A stretch of 64,000 nt of DNA from Candidatus Staskawiczbacteria bacterium (lineage in GTDB: Bacteria > Patescibacteriota > Minisyncoccia > Minisyncoccales > Staskawiczbacteraceae), in NCBI GenBank assembly GCA_026395215.1, contig JAPLZC010000009.1:8711-72710 (forward strand). Direction: 5' to 3'. Positions within the stretch are counted from its first letter, which is position 1. Each line of letters opens with the position of its first letter. The translations under genes were made by a program, and so were the position numbers. This document shows, piece after piece, positions 1-9,196 of this stretch. The notes under the pieces were generated by a model. That model saw only the letters and a program-made list of their open reading frames with translations, searched no databases and was not told the origin of the DNA.

Positions 1-783
1 GGGCAGGGTGACTCGGCGTTTATACAAACTCCGGAAGGCCACCAGATTTTGATTGATGGCGGGCCGGGCTCGGCTGTTTTGGAGAGGTTGTCAAATGTTA
101 TGCCTTTTTGGGACAAATCTATAGATTTGGTAATTCTTACTCATCCCGAGAGTGACCACATGCAGGGCATTTTAAATGTTCTGCAAAGATATAAGGTAGA
201 AAATTTTTTGTGGACTGGAATTGTTAAAAATGATGCAGAAAATAAGGAATTGGCATTCTTGTTAGAAAAAGCTCAGGCCCCTCAAAATTCATTTTTGGCC
301 AAGTTAAGCAATTTTAGACCTACAAAAGTTGTAGCAACAAGTGCCGGCAAAGAAATAAAAGCCGGAGGCGTTCTGATTGATATATTATTTCCGTTTGAAA
401 ATCTTGAAGGGCAGAAAATAAAAAATACATCAAACGACTCTTGTGTGGTGGCAAAATTAATTTATGGAAATAATTCGTTTCTTTTTGTTGGGGACATAAG
501 TTCTGTAGCAGAAAAGCAACTTGTGAATTCTGGCGAGAATATCTTATCAGATGTTTTAAAAGTTGCGCATCACGGTTCTAAATATTCAACTTCTGATTTA
601 TTTTTGCAAAATGTTAAGCCAAAATTTGCAGTAATTGAAGTTGGTAAGAATTCTTATGGACATCCAACACCGGAAACTTTGCAAAGATTAGAAAAATTTG
701 GTATAAAGGTGTTAAGAACAGACATCAACGGAGACGTTGATTTTGTTTCAGATGGAAATAATATTAATTTAATAAAAAATTAG
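1..783 (+). CDS. comEC: ComEC/Rec2-family protein, C-terminal metallo-beta-lactamase domain (5' end outside window)
   Basis: Frame 1 is open from base 1 (GQGDSAFIQTPEGHQILIDGGPG). MBL motifs THPESDHMQG and VAHHGS. Stop TAG at 781-783. Confidence 0.75.
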   Translation, partial: GQGDSAFIQTPEGHQILIDGGPGSAVLERLSNVMPFWDKSIDLVILTHPESDHMQGILNVLQRYKVENFLWTGIVKNDAENKELAFLLEKAQAPQNSFLAKLSNFRPTKVVATSAGKEIKAGGVLIDILFPFENLEGQKIKNTSNDSCVVAKLIYGNNSFLFVGDISSVAEKQLVNSGENILSDVLKVAHHGSKYSTSDLFLQNVKPKFAVIEVGKNSYGHPTPETLQRLEKFGIKVLRTDINGDVDFVSDGNNINLIKN

Positions 784-1851
784 ATGAAAGATTTAGATTT
801 TCCGCTTTTTAAAACAAAAAGCGATGAGTACAAAAAGTTTGATTTGTCTGACGCAAAAAGCCGTCAGGAATATTTTGAGTATAAGGCTGGTCCAGAAATT
901 AAAAAACTTAGGGAATATTTTAAAAGTAATACTTTTATTGCTTATTTGATGGGCAAGAAGTCTTCTGGAAAAGGAACTTACGCAAAAATGTTGGCTGAGG
1001 TTGTTGATAAAAATGCAATTGCACACTTTTCTATTGGAGATATGGTAAGATCCATGGATGAAATTATTGGTGACCCAGAAAAGAGAAAGGAAATGGTTGC
1101 TTTCTTGGAAAAAAATTACAGAGGATTTATGCCGTTAGAAGATATAATGAAATCTTGGGATAATAGATCTACAAAAACTCTTTTGCCTACAGAATTGGTT
1201 TTGGCTTTAGCAAAAAAAGAAATTTCAAAACTGGGCAAGAAAACTATTTTCATAGACGGATTTCCAAGAGACATAGACCAAGTTTCTTACTCTTTGTTTT
1301 TTAGAGATCTTATTGGGTACAGAGATGACTCGGACGTATTTGTTTTAATAGATGTCCCAACAACTGTTATAGATGAAAGAGTAAAATACAGAGTTATTTG
1401 TCCTCTGTGCCAAACATCTAGAAATTTAAAACTTTTGGCAACAAAAAATGTTGAATATGATTCAGCTGAGAAAAAATTTCACTTAATTTGCGATAATTCA
1501 AGTTGTGCTGGTGCAAGAATGGTTACAAAAGAAGGAGATGAACAGGGAATTGAGCCAATTAGAGCAAGACTAGAAAAAGATGAAATGTTAGTTAAAGAAG
1601 CATATAAGTTACAGGGTATTCCAAAAGTTTTGCTAAGAAACACAATTCCAGTTGGCCAAACAAAAGACCTTGCCGATGATTATGAAATTACTCCAGAATA
1701 TGTTTATCAATTAGGTAAAGATGGAAAGGTTGAGACAATTGAAAAAGCTTGGGAGGTTAAAGATGACACAGGAACTTTGTCTAACAGCCTAATGCCACCT
1801 CCAGTAGTAGTTTCCCTAATAAAACAACTTGTTAACGTTTTAGGATTATAA
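784..1851 (+). CDS. Adenylate-kinase-like NMP kinase, long form (355 aa)
   Basis: P-loop GKKSSGKGTYAKML, FIDGFPRDIDQ, Cys-bearing LID-like segment CPLCQ...CDNSSC. ATG directly abuts the comEC stop. Confidence 0.55.
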   Translation: MKDLDFPLFKTKSDEYKKFDLSDAKSRQEYFEYKAGPEIKKLREYFKSNTFIAYLMGKKSSGKGTYAKMLAEVVDKNAIAHFSIGDMVRSMDEIIGDPEKRKEMVAFLEKNYRGFMPLEDIMKSWDNRSTKTLLPTELVLALAKKEISKLGKKTIFIDGFPRDIDQVSYSLFFRDLIGYRDDSDVFVLIDVPTTVIDERVKYRVICPLCQTSRNLKLLATKNVEYDSAEKKFHLICDNSSCAGARMVTKEGDEQGIEPIRARLEKDEMLVKEAYKLQGIPKVLLRNTIPVGQTKDLADDYEITPEYVYQLGKDGKVETIEKAWEVKDDTGTLSNSLMPPPVVVSLIKQLVNVLGL

Positions 1852-1866
1852 TTTTTTGTTAGTATT

Positions 1867-2502
1867 ATGAGTGTTGAAGACGGCAAAAAAGAGCCAATAA
1901 ATCCGGAGTCAATAGAAGAACCTACTTATGTTTATAAAAAAGCAGAGGGTTTTTTATCAGTTACGCCAGAAGACGAAGAAATTTTTGCTGAAGCAACCAA
2001 AGCAGCTATTGCAGCTGCTGGCCGTTATGAGTACGATCTAGCGAATAGTAAAGTTGTTGTAGAATACGTCGAAAAGTTTTGGCGTAACGCTTATGAAAAT
2101 CTTCCTGAAATACCAGCAGGATATGTGCGTCTTTTGCACCATACATTTACCGCTGCCATAGCAGAGGAAATTCGTCAAAAGGGACTGAAATATAATCTTA
2201 CTGGTAATAGGAATCATATTGAAAGTACCGCCTGTGTCGTACGAGATATGAATGAAAAGAACGAAAAAGGAGACCGTGCTTTGTATAACACTCGAGTGGA
2301 GAGTCAGAAGGAGGGGGTAGTTGTGGTTTTTGAACTTTCTGAAGAAGATTTACATAAATATGAATATAATAATGGAAATCCTGGTGTTATTCCAGCTGAA
2401 TTCTTTGTAGCTGCTTTGCCAGAGAGAACGCCGATTGTTTGGAATGATTATAATGCGAGGACTTTTGTTCCTCTCTCGCAAAGATTTAATCAAAAACCAT
2501 AG
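1867..2502 (+). CDS. Hypothetical protein (211 aa)
   Basis: Long ORF with no competing frame. No motif I recognise. Confidence 0.45.
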   Translation: MSVEDGKKEPINPESIEEPTYVYKKAEGFLSVTPEDEEIFAEATKAAIAAAGRYEYDLANSKVVVEYVEKFWRNAYENLPEIPAGYVRLLHHTFTAAIAEEIRQKGLKYNLTGNRNHIESTACVVRDMNEKNEKGDRALYNTRVESQKEGVVVVFELSEEDLHKYEYNNGNPGVIPAEFFVAALPERTPIVWNDYNARTFVPLSQRFNQKP

Positions 2503-2509
2503 TATGGGC

Positions 2510-2537
2510 TTGACGTGGGTGATTGTGTGGTTATAAT
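2510..2537 (+). promoter_or_regulatory. Sigma70-like promoter TTGACG-N16-TATAAT
   Basis: TTGACG at 2510-2515 and TATAAT at 2532-2537. No ORF follows before the terminator at 2680-2703. Confidence 0.45.
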
Positions 2538-2543
2538 TAAGAT

Positions 2544-2703
2544 AGCTCTGATATTCACAATAAATTCTATACAAACTTTCATTAGGGAATCCAATTATTC
2601 GTTACGACCTTGGTCCTAACGTGAGGATACCCACCTAAATTTTAATAGAATTCTATATGGAAGTCAGAGCACTAAAAAAACATTCTTAACAGAATGTTTT
2701 TTT
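2544..2703 (+). ncRNA. Candidate rod-shaped structured small RNA (6S-like architecture, family unknown)
   Basis: Bounded by a promoter and by an intrinsic terminator (ACATTCT-TAAC-AGAATGT plus T-run). GCTCTGA...AATTCTATA near 2545-2570 pairs with TATAGAATT...TCAGAGC near 2645-2672. Nested helices TTAGGGAATCC/GGATACCCACCTAA and CGTTA/TAACG. No ORF. Confidence 0.3.
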
Positions 2704-2786
2704 AGTACCACTATATTGGCAGGGATCTTGTTATTTTTTTTTAATTATTATAAAATAAATATGAAATAAAATTTTAAAATTTAAAT

Positions 2787-3149
2787 ATGGCAAAGAAAAT
2801 AAAAAAAGCGCCGGCAAAAAATAAGAAAGTAAAAAAACTGTCAAAGAAAGAGCAGGTGAGAGGAGTTCGTGCTGAACGCCCAAAAAAGAAAAATAAATCA
2901 AGCATGGATGCGGATATTATTTTTGATTCTAAAGCCGGCAAGACAGACGCCTTATTTATTGACGAGCCAAAACCTGTGAATGCTGGCGCTGAAGATATTT
3001 TGCCGGAAGTTGAGCCAGAAAAAGATTTGTTGAATTTAGATAATAATACTGACCTATTGGTGACCGGTGCACAATCGGCAGAAAAGTCATTGCCAGATTC
3101 AACACAAAATGTTAAGAAACCTTGGTGGAAAAGGATATTCTCACTATAA
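2787..3149 (+). CDS. Hypothetical Lys-rich protein (120 aa)
   Basis: ORF is followed immediately by a terminator. The antisense ORF 2774-3169 looks like a shadow. Confidence 0.45.
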   Translation: MAKKIKKAPAKNKKVKKLSKKEQVRGVRAERPKKKNKSSMDADIIFDSKAGKTDALFIDEPKPVNAGAEDILPEVEPEKDLLNLDNNTDLLVTGAQSAEKSLPDSTQNVKKPWWKRIFSL

Positions 3150-3152
3150 AAA

Positions 3153-3182
3153 CAAAAAACGCCCCGCAAAAGGGCGTTTTTA
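3153..3182. terminator. Bidirectional intrinsic terminator
   Basis: A-run, CGCCC-loop-GGGCG stem, T-run. Lies between convergent genes. Confidence 0.6.
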
Positions 3183-3190
3183 AATTATTA

Positions 3191-3379
3191 TTAAATCTTA
3201 GCTGCTCTCTTGATACACTTGGCGCAAGCCAAAACTCTTTTGCCGGATGCTAATCTAGTCCACTGCAAATTTGGGTACTTTCTTTTTTTAGTTGTTGGAT
3301 TGTATTTTCCTCTTAATTTAACAAGAACCGTGTTCATTGAAGAATGTTTCTTGCAAACCGTACAAATTTTTTCTGCCAT
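3191..3379 (-). CDS. rpmB: 50S ribosomal protein L28
   Basis: 62 aa, basic. N-terminal CTVCKK and KRKYPNLQ motif typical of L28. Confidence 0.7.
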   Translation of the reverse strand: MAEKICTVCKKHSSMNTVLVKLRGKYNPTTKKRKYPNLQWTRLASGKRVLACAKCIKRAAKI

Positions 3380-3518
3380 GTGAATTTATGAGCAACGCGA
3401 TTAAATTCATCCTGAGCTTTTATAAAGCGAAGGAATGCCTTGCTCGTTAATTAATTTAGTTTATCATATTCTTTTATCTTTTGCAATACTTTGATAATAC
3501 TGGTATAATATAAAAAAT

Positions 3519-4154
3519 ATGATTTCATCATTGGCTATTACAATTTTTTCTTTGGTTGTTTTGCTTTTTTCGGTGATAATTCACGAACTGGCCCATGGGT
3601 GGGTTGCTTATTCATTGGGTGATCCTACGGCAAAATACGAAGGCAGACTTACCTTAAATCCCTTAAAACATCTGGACATGTTTGGTTCTATTATTTTGCC
3701 AGTGCTTTTATTTTTGTCTGGAAGCCCATTTTTATTTGGTTGGGCAAAACCGGTTCCGGTAAACCCTTATAATTTTACCGATAAAAAATATGGTGAAATA
3801 AAAGTTTCAATTGCAGGACCGGCCTCAAATTTTTTGCTGGCAATATTTTTCGGTTTGATATTGAGATTTATTCCGCAAGATTTTATTCTGGCTAATCCTG
3901 GTGTTCTAATAGCGTTGACTTTTATAGTTTCTATTAATATATGGTTGGCAGTTTTTAATTTAATACCTGTTCCTCCGCTTGACGGTTCGTGGATTTTATT
4001 CAGTCTGTTGCCGGCTGGTTGGGAAAGCGTGAAAAACCTTTTTAGGCAATACGGAGTTGTCATATTAGTGCTTTTAATTTTATTTGGCGGAACGTTATGG
4101 TTTGCTATAATCAGTGTTATTTTTAATTTAATTACCGGCAAATTATTGACATAA
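3519..4154 (+). CDS. Site-2 protease family (peptidase M50) membrane metalloprotease
   Basis: HELAHG zinc motif, NLIPVPPLDG motif, multiple hydrophobic helices. Confidence 0.8.
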   Translation: MISSLAITIFSLVVLLFSVIIHELAHGWVAYSLGDPTAKYEGRLTLNPLKHLDMFGSIILPVLLFLSGSPFLFGWAKPVPVNPYNFTDKKYGEIKVSIAGPASNFLLAIFFGLILRFIPQDFILANPGVLIALTFIVSINIWLAVFNLIPVPPLDGSWILFSLLPAGWESVKNLFRQYGVVILVLLILFGGTLWFAIISVIFNLITGKLLT

Positions 4155-4174
4155 CAAATATTATTTGCTACACT
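4146..4174 (+). promoter_or_regulatory. Candidate str-operon promoter TTGACA-N17-TACACT
   Basis: TTGACA at 4146-4151 and TACACT at 4169-4174, 42 nt upstream of rpsL. Confidence 0.4.
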
Positions 4175-4215
4175 TGGTAATACATGAGCGCTAAGCGCTT
4201 TTAATTTTATATTTT

Positions 4216-4629
4216 ATGTGTCCAACTATTCATCAATTAATCAAAAAAAATAGGAAGCCAATCAAAAAGCACAAAAAAACAGTTGCTTTGGATTTTGGTT
4301 TTAACGTTTTAAAAAACAGGCCTTCAAATTATCATTCTCCATTTAAAAGAGGAGTGTGCATAAAAGTCTTTACCCAAACACCAAAAAAACCAAACTCAGC
4401 TTTGAGAAAAGTTGCCAGAGTCAAATTGTCCAATGGAATGGAAGTTACAGCATATATTCCTGGAGAAGGACACAATTTGCAGGAGCACTCAATTGTTTTG
4501 ATAAGAGGAGGAAGAGTTAAAGACTTACCAGGAGTAAGATATCACATTGTTAGAGGAGTATTGGATACAGCCGGAGTTGAAAATAGAAAACAAGAAAGAT
4601 CTAAATACGGAGCAAAAAAACCTAAGTAA
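4216..4629 (+). CDS. rpsL: 30S ribosomal protein S12
   Basis: [44 protein letters not shown]. Confidence 0.97.
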   Translation: MCPTIHQLIKKNRKPIKKHKKTVALDFGFNVLKNRPSNYHSPFKRGVCIKVFTQTPKKPNSALRKVARVKLSNGMEVTAYIPGEGHNLQEHSIVLIRGGRVKDLPGVRYHIVRGVLDTAGVENRKQERSKYGAKKPK

Positions 4630-4635
4630 AATATT

Positions 4636-5100
4636 ATGAGACGTGCATATAAAAAACACAAAATTGCGCCAGATCAAATTTACAACGACGTAGTTGTAGC
4701 TCAATTTATAAACAAGGTAATGCTTGGCGGAAAGAAAACCCTTGCCCAGAAAATTGTTTATGGAGCTTTTAATATAATAAAAGAACAAACCAAAAAAGAG
4801 CCTTTGGAAATTTTTAAATTGGCTCTTGAAAATGCCGCTCCACTTTTGGAAGTAAAACCAAAAAGAGTTGGAGGCGCAACTTATCAGGTTCCTATGGAAG
4901 TAAGGGGAGAAAGAAAATTGGCTTTGGCAACAAGATGGATTTTGGAGGGCGCCAGAAAAGGAAAAGGAAAACCAATGGCTGAAAAATTAGCTCAAGAATT
5001 AATTGAAGTTTCAAATAATCAAGGCTTTGCAATGAAAAGAAAAGCCGACGTCAACAGAATGGCCGAAGCCAACAAAGCCTTCGCTCACTTTGCAAGATAA
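4636..5100 (+). CDS. rpsG: 30S ribosomal protein S7
   Basis: [33 protein letters not shown]. Synteny after S12. Confidence 0.97.
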   Translation: MRRAYKKHKIAPDQIYNDVVVAQFINKVMLGGKKTLAQKIVYGAFNIIKEQTKKEPLEIFKLALENAAPLLEVKPKRVGGATYQVPMEVRGERKLALATRWILEGARKGKGKPMAEKLAQELIEVSNNQGFAMKRKADVNRMAEANKAFAHFAR

Positions 5101-5228
5101 ATTACGCTCGGCAATAAATTTCCAGCTAACGTTCGTTGTCCCGCTTCGCGGGAAAACTCACTAGGTCTGGCACTTCGTGTCTCAGAAATACGCTGAAAAC
5201 TTATCGCCTCGCTTATAAAATAAAAAAT

Positions 5229-7307
5229 ATGTCAGATAGACAACATCCATTAGAAACACTTAGAAACATTGGGATTATTGCCCATATAGACGCAGGAAAA
5301 ACTACTTTTTCCGAGCGGCTTTTATTTTATACCGGAACTACTCATAAAATAGGTGAAGTACACGAGGGAGAAACTACTATGGACTGGATGATTCAAGAGA
5401 GAGAACGCGGAATTACTATTACTTCTGCTGCTACAACAATGTATTGGAAAGGGCACCAAATGAACCTTATAGATACTCCTGGTCACATTGACTTTACAGC
5501 TGAGGTACAGAGGTCGCTTAGAGTGCTAGACGGAGCTGTGGTGGTGTTTGACGGCGTAGCAGGTGTTGAACCTCAATCTGAAACAGTTTGGAGACAGGCT
5601 GACAAATATTCAGTTCCTAGAATTTGTTTTGTAAACAAATTAGATAGAATGGGAGCCAGTTTTGAGAAAAGCTTTCAATCAATTTTGAATAAGTTAACTC
5701 CAAATGCAGTGGCAGTGGCCATCCCAATGGGGTTGGAAGAAAAGTTATCCGGAGTTGTTGATTTAGTAAAAATGAAGGCTATGTATTTTGAGGGAGAAAA
5801 AGGAGTTACAGTTGTTGAAAAAGATATTCCTGAAGAATGGAAAGAGGAAGCAATGGTTTGGCATAAAAAAATGGTGGAAAGAGTTGCCGGAGAGGACAAC
5901 GCTTTAACAGAAAAGTTTTTGGAAGGTAAAGAAATTACAGTTGAAGAATTAAAGGCGGTTTTGAGAAAATCAGTTTTAAATTATAAATTAATTCCGGTTT
6001 TTTGCGGGTCTGCTTTAAAAAATAAAGGTGCTCAGATGATTTTGGACGCAGTAGTTGAATATTTGCCTAGTCCGCTAGATATATTGCCACAAAAGGGAAT
6101 TGACCCTAAAACAGGTGGCCCAATAGAGAAAAAAGCATCTGACGACGAGCCATTTGCGGCTTTGGTTTTCAAAATTGCTACAGACCCATTTGTAGGAACT
6201 TTAACATATTTTAGAGTGTATTCGGGAGTTTTGAGAAAAGGTTCTTATGTTTTAAATGCAAATACAGGAGAGCAGGAAAGAATTTCCAGAATTTTAAGAA
6301 TGCACGCCGATGAAAGAGCAGAATTGGATGTTATATATTCAGGAGAAATTGGAGCAACTGTTGGTTTGAAAGCAACCAGTACCGGTCACACATTGTGCGA
6401 CAAAGACCATCCTGTTATTTTGGAAAAAATTGTGTTTCCAGAACCGGTTATTGGAATTAGGGTTGAGCCTAAGACAAAAGTTGATCAGGAGAAGCTTATT
6501 ATGTCTATTAGAAAGCTTACAGAAGAAGACCCAACTTTCAGAATTAAAGAAGATCAAGAAACCGGAGAAACAATTATTTCCGGAATGGGAGAATTACACT
6601 TGGACATTATTGCCGACAGATTGCGCAGAGAATTCCACGTTGAAGCAAATTATGGCAGACCTCAGGTTGCTTATAAAGAAACAATTACCGGAGAAGGAGA
6701 TGGAGAAGAAAAATATGCCAGACAATCTGGAGGTAAAGGACAATATGGACACGTTTTGTTAAGAGTAAAACCAAAAGAGAGAGGAGCAGGATTTGAGTTT
6801 ATAGATGAAATTAAAGGAGGTTCTATTCCAAAAGAATTTATTAAACCGGTTGAAAAAGGAGTTGTAGAAGCTATGGACAAAGGAGTTGTCGCCGGATATC
6901 CGCTGGTGGATGTGGAAGTTACTTTGTACGATGGATCTTTCCACGAAGTTGACTCTTCAGAATTTGCCTTTAAAATTGCCGGTTCTATGGCTTTTCAAAA
7001 AGCCGCCAAAGCAGCTAAACCGGTTATTCTAGAACCTATTATGAAAGTGGAAGTTGTAACTCCGGAAGATTTCTTTGGACAAGTTATTTCTGACATAAGT
7101 TCAAGACGCGGACAAATTAAGGAAACTTCAGAGAGAGCAGGAATGAAAGTTATAGACGCAATGGTACCGCTGTCGGAAACATTCGGCTACGCAACATCTA
7201 TAAGGTCACTTACAGAAGGAAGAGCCAGCTTTACAATGGAATTTAACAGCTACGAAGCCGTCCCAAGTAACATAGCCCAAGAAATCATTGACGGTAAGAG
7301 GAAATAA
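5229..7307 (+). CDS. fusA: Elongation factor G
   Basis: [25 protein letters not shown]. Start moved to ATG 5229 ([16 protein letters not shown]); the track start at 5136 adds a non-homologous leader. Confidence 0.97.
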   Translation: MSDRQHPLETLRNIGIIAHIDAGKTTFSERLLFYTGTTHKIGEVHEGETTMDWMIQERERGITITSAATTMYWKGHQMNLIDTPGHIDFTAEVQRSLRVLDGAVVVFDGVAGVEPQSETVWRQADKYSVPRICFVNKLDRMGASFEKSFQSILNKLTPNAVAVAIPMGLEEKLSGVVDLVKMKAMYFEGEKGVTVVEKDIPEEWKEEAMVWHKKMVERVAGEDNALTEKFLEGKEITVEELKAVLRKSVLNYKLIPVFCGSALKNKGAQMILDAVVEYLPSPLDILPQKGIDPKTGGPIEKKASDDEPFAALVFKIATDPFVGTLTYFRVYSGVLRKGSYVLNANTGEQERISRILRMHADERAELDVIYSGEIGATVGLKATSTGHTLCDKDHPVILEKIVFPEPVIGIRVEPKTKVDQEKLIMSIRKLTEEDPTFRIKEDQETGETIISGMGELHLDIIADRLRREFHVEANYGRPQVAYKETITGEGDGEEKYARQSGGKGQYGHVLLRVKPKERGAGFEFIDEIKGGSIPKEFIKPVEKGVVEAMDKGVVAGYPLVDVEVTLYDGSFHEVDSSEFAFKIAGSMAFQKAAKAAKPVILEPIMKVEVVTPEDFFGQVISDISSRRGQIKETSERAGMKVIDAMVPLSETFGYATSIRSLTEGRASFTMEFNSYEAVPSNIAQEIIDGKRK

Positions 7308-7324
7308 GGTAATAAATACTATTT

Positions 7325-7356
7325 AAAAAACTCCGCTTCAAATGCGGAGTTTTTGT
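7325..7356 (+). terminator. Intrinsic terminator after fusA
   Basis: CTCCGC-ttcaaat-GCGGAG followed by a T-run. Confidence 0.7.
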
Positions 7357-7393
7357 TGCAAAAAAGCTTCGTCATTAGTAATAAGAGCAATAC

Positions 7394-7427
7394 ACGTACT
7401 TTTTGGCCACGTGGCAAAAAAGTACGT
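7394..7427. repeat. 34-nt palindrome, left copy (ACGTACTTTTTGGCCACGTGGCAAAAAAGTACGT)
   Basis: Near-perfect palindrome centred on CACGTG, with one arm mismatch. Second copy at 8053-8086. Confidence 0.9.
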
Positions 7428-7479
7428 GTTAGTAAAAATATGATATAATGGAAAAATATAATCATAATATATAAAAAGA

Positions 7480-8040
7480 ATGAGGGAAATTTTAGAGGAA
7501 ATATTGTGGAGTATATATTATCAAACCGAGGAGGCTCACATTGGCGGACGGGGCGATGCCAGATTTTTTATTTTGAACGATATTATAAAAGATATTCATG
7601 ATTATACGGGCAAATATTTAACATCTAGGCGGTTGGCCTCGGCTGTGGTGGACTTAAATAGGCAGAAGTTAATACAGAAAAAGAAGGACTATGCGGGAAC
7701 GGTTTTGGTTTCTTTGACTGAAAAGGGAATTTTGCGGGCAATAAATTATAAATTTAGACGGCTGGGCAATAAAAAAGAAAAATGGGATGGCAAATGGCGT
7801 ATGGTGGCTTTTGATATACCCCGAGAATGCGAGAAAGGTAGGAAAGCGCTTGTCTATAGGCTAAAAACCGGAGGATTTTATGAACTGCAAGAAAGTATAT
7901 TTTTATATCCCTATGATTGCAAAAACGAAATTGACGCATTAACAAACTTTTTCAAAATTAAAAAGTATGTCAGGTTTGGCCTTTTGGATTTTATTGAGGG
8001 TCAAGACGGCATCAAATTTAAATTCGGAATAAATTCCTAG
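7480..8040 (+). CDS. PaaX-family-like regulator (N-terminal wHTH-like region plus PaaX_C/Cas2-like fold)
   Basis: WDGKWRMVAFDIPRECEKGRKALVYRLKTGGFYELQESIFLYPYD matches the PaaX C-terminal / Cas2-like signature. Confidence 0.55.
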   Translation: MREILEEILWSIYYQTEEAHIGGRGDARFFILNDIIKDIHDYTGKYLTSRRLASAVVDLNRQKLIQKKKDYAGTVLVSLTEKGILRAINYKFRRLGNKKEKWDGKWRMVAFDIPRECEKGRKALVYRLKTGGFYELQESIFLYPYDCKNEIDALTNFFKIKKYVRFGLLDFIEGQDGIKFKFGINS

Positions 8041-8052
8041 TGAGCGAAATAC

Positions 8053-8086
8053 ACGTACTTTTTTGCCACGTGGCAAAAAAGTACGT
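8053..8086. repeat. 34-nt perfect palindrome, right copy (ACGTACTTTTTTGCCACGTGGCAAAAAAGTACGT)
   Basis: Perfect palindrome. Flanking bases (ATACACGT...TTAGTAA) are also shared with the left copy. Confidence 0.9.
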
Positions 8087-8167
8087 ATTAGTAATGTTTG
8101 TATATGGTTAGTTATTATGGTTGGTTTTTGTTGTTTTGGCGTAATTAGTTTATTTTTTGCAAAAAAA

Positions 8168-8205
8168 AGCACCGCGGTCTGAAGATTCAGACTCTGGCGC
8201 ATGAA
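8168..8205 (-). terminator. Intrinsic terminator of the minus-strand micro-ORF operon
   Basis: The reverse complement reads GCGCCAGAGTCTGAA-TC-TTCAGACCGCGGTGC followed by T8. Confidence 0.6.
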
Positions 8206-8211
8206 TATGTG

Positions 8212-8325
8212 CTAAACAGCTTTGTCGAGCTCCCTTAGGGTTCGCACTAACAGATGCACAAGCGAATTGGCGCGTCGCTTTCTTGGTTGTTTGCTTGTAG
8301 CACGCTTAAGATTCTTCCTTCTCAC
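8212..8325 (-). CDS. Micro-ORF E, 37 aa, Arg/Lys-rich (MRRKNLKRATSKQPRKRRANSLVHLLVRTLRELDKAV)
   Basis: GTG start overlaps the upstream stop (GTGA). GGAAGGAG SD sits 7 nt upstream. Below the ORF-track size cut-off; hand-translated. Confidence 0.4.
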   Translation of the reverse strand: MRRKNLKRATSKQPRKRRANSLVHLLVRTLRELDKAV

Positions 8326-8642
8326 GGTTTGCTCCTTCCATAGATTACATCGCCACCGAGCGTGTGCCTGCTACGCAGGCGTGGTTTATGCGGTTCGGGA
8401 ATTTCCCGAGTTCGTTCTCCTAGAGATACGAAAACGTAGCATGCTCTCGGCTCGGAGAAATAATAGCGTGCTGACCCGCCAGCGATGATTGTGGCGATGA
8501 TTGCTTCCTGCACACCATCTTTAAACATTTCGATTGGAATTTTCAGATTGCCAACCCTGGGATCATCTACTGTTTTCATGAGTGCGATTACTCTCTCATG
8601 AAATTCAGGCTTCACATCATCAAATTCAAGATCCAGTTTCAC
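8322..8642 (-). CDS. Micro-ORF D, hypothetical 106 aa
   Basis: GTG start in a GTGA overlap with ORF C. AAAGGAG SD. G+C-rich codons. Confidence 0.5.
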   Translation of the reverse strand: MKLDLEFDDVKPEFHERVIALMKTVDDPRVGNLKIPIEMFKDGVQEAIIATIIAGGSARYYFSEPRACYVFVSLGERTREIPEPHKPRLRSRHTLGGDVIYGRSKP

Positions 8643-8827
8643 GGTTTACTCCTTTCGTTTGAACATGCATGAGGTTTCCAGTGGCTGGCGGCCAAGCAAC
8701 CGGCGGCGAATGCTATATACATGGCGATTAAGCCGTAACTAGTGAAGCACATTAAGGCTGTTCCTACAGCGAGAAGAAAAGCAACCGTACCCCACTTCAT
8801 CAACGCCCATTTTTGTTTGTCATTCAT
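8639..8827 (-). CDS. Micro-ORF C, 62 aa small membrane protein (two hydrophobic helices)
   Basis: Start placed at ATG 8827-8825 (MNDKQKWALMKWGTVAFLLAVG...). This gives an ATGA overlap with ORF B and an AAAGGAG SD. The track start at 8869 lacks an SD. Confidence 0.5.
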   Translation of the reverse strand: MNDKQKWALMKWGTVAFLLAVGTALMCFTSYGLIAMYIAFAAGCLAASHWKPHACSNERSKP

Positions 8828-8952
8828 GGCTTGCTCCTTTTCGGTTTCCGTGTTCGGCGATAACTGCACGGAGGTCCATTACATTCGCGTCCGGTATTGC
8901 TACCCATGTTTAGACATCGTTCATGTCGGTTGGTACATTTCCACTTTTTCAT
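8824..8952 (-). CDS. Micro-ORF B, 42 aa, four-Cys basic peptide (MKKWKCTNRHERCLNMGSNTGRECNGPPCSYRRTRKPKRSKP)
   Basis: ATGA overlaps at both ends. AAAGGAG SD. Hand-translated. Confidence 0.4.
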   Translation of the reverse strand: MKKWKCTNRHERCLNMGSNTGRECNGPPCSYRRTRKPKRSKP

Positions 8953-9122
8953 GGCTTGCTCCTTTTCGGTTTGTCGGCTTTCCAGAAAGTTGCCTCGTTA
9001 GTATTATCGAGGTCGGTTTGACCGGCACTGTGAGCATTCACAATTGTCCATCCTCGCCGTTTTCGTTGGCTGATAGAACGATCCATGGATTGGTGGTTTG
9101 GGAATTTTTTGATTACTATCAC
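8949..9122 (-). CDS. Micro-ORF A, 57 aa hypothetical
   Basis: GTG start at 9122-9120 preceded by AAGAAAGGA. Ends in the shared ...KRSKP-TGA junction. Hand-translated. Confidence 0.35.
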   Translation of the reverse strand: MIVIKKFPNHQSMDRSISQRKRRGWTIVNAHSAGQTDLDNTNEATFWKADKPKRSKP

Positions 9123-9167
9123 GGCTTGGTCCTTTCTTAAAAGATTGTCAGAGGGCTGTCATCTGGC

Positions 9168-9196
9168 TTGATTGCTAGATTAATTTGTAGTATAAT
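9168..9196 (+). promoter_or_regulatory. Plus-strand promoter TTGATT-N17-TATAAT (towards tuf)
   Basis: TTGATT at 9168-9173 and TATAAT at 9191-9196. Confidence 0.4.

Noticed and set aside
5136-5228. Upstream-extended starts given by the ORF track (fusA 5136, tuf 9307, rpsH 17331, purL 23500, infA 31113, rpsK 31976, pyrD 52996, PRTase 55396, 36117)
   Set aside because: The extensions add non-homologous residues, overlap upstream genes or leaders, and lack an SD. Internal ATGs align with canonical N-termini and/or follow an SD.
8222-9140. Plus-strand ORFs 8222-8488 (88 aa) and 8742-9140 (132 aa) in the G+C-rich block
   Set aside because: Neither has an SD or plausible start context, and the translations are Cys/Phe/Arg-rich junk. 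The minus strand instead shows five ORFs with SD motifs and ATGA/GTGA coupling.
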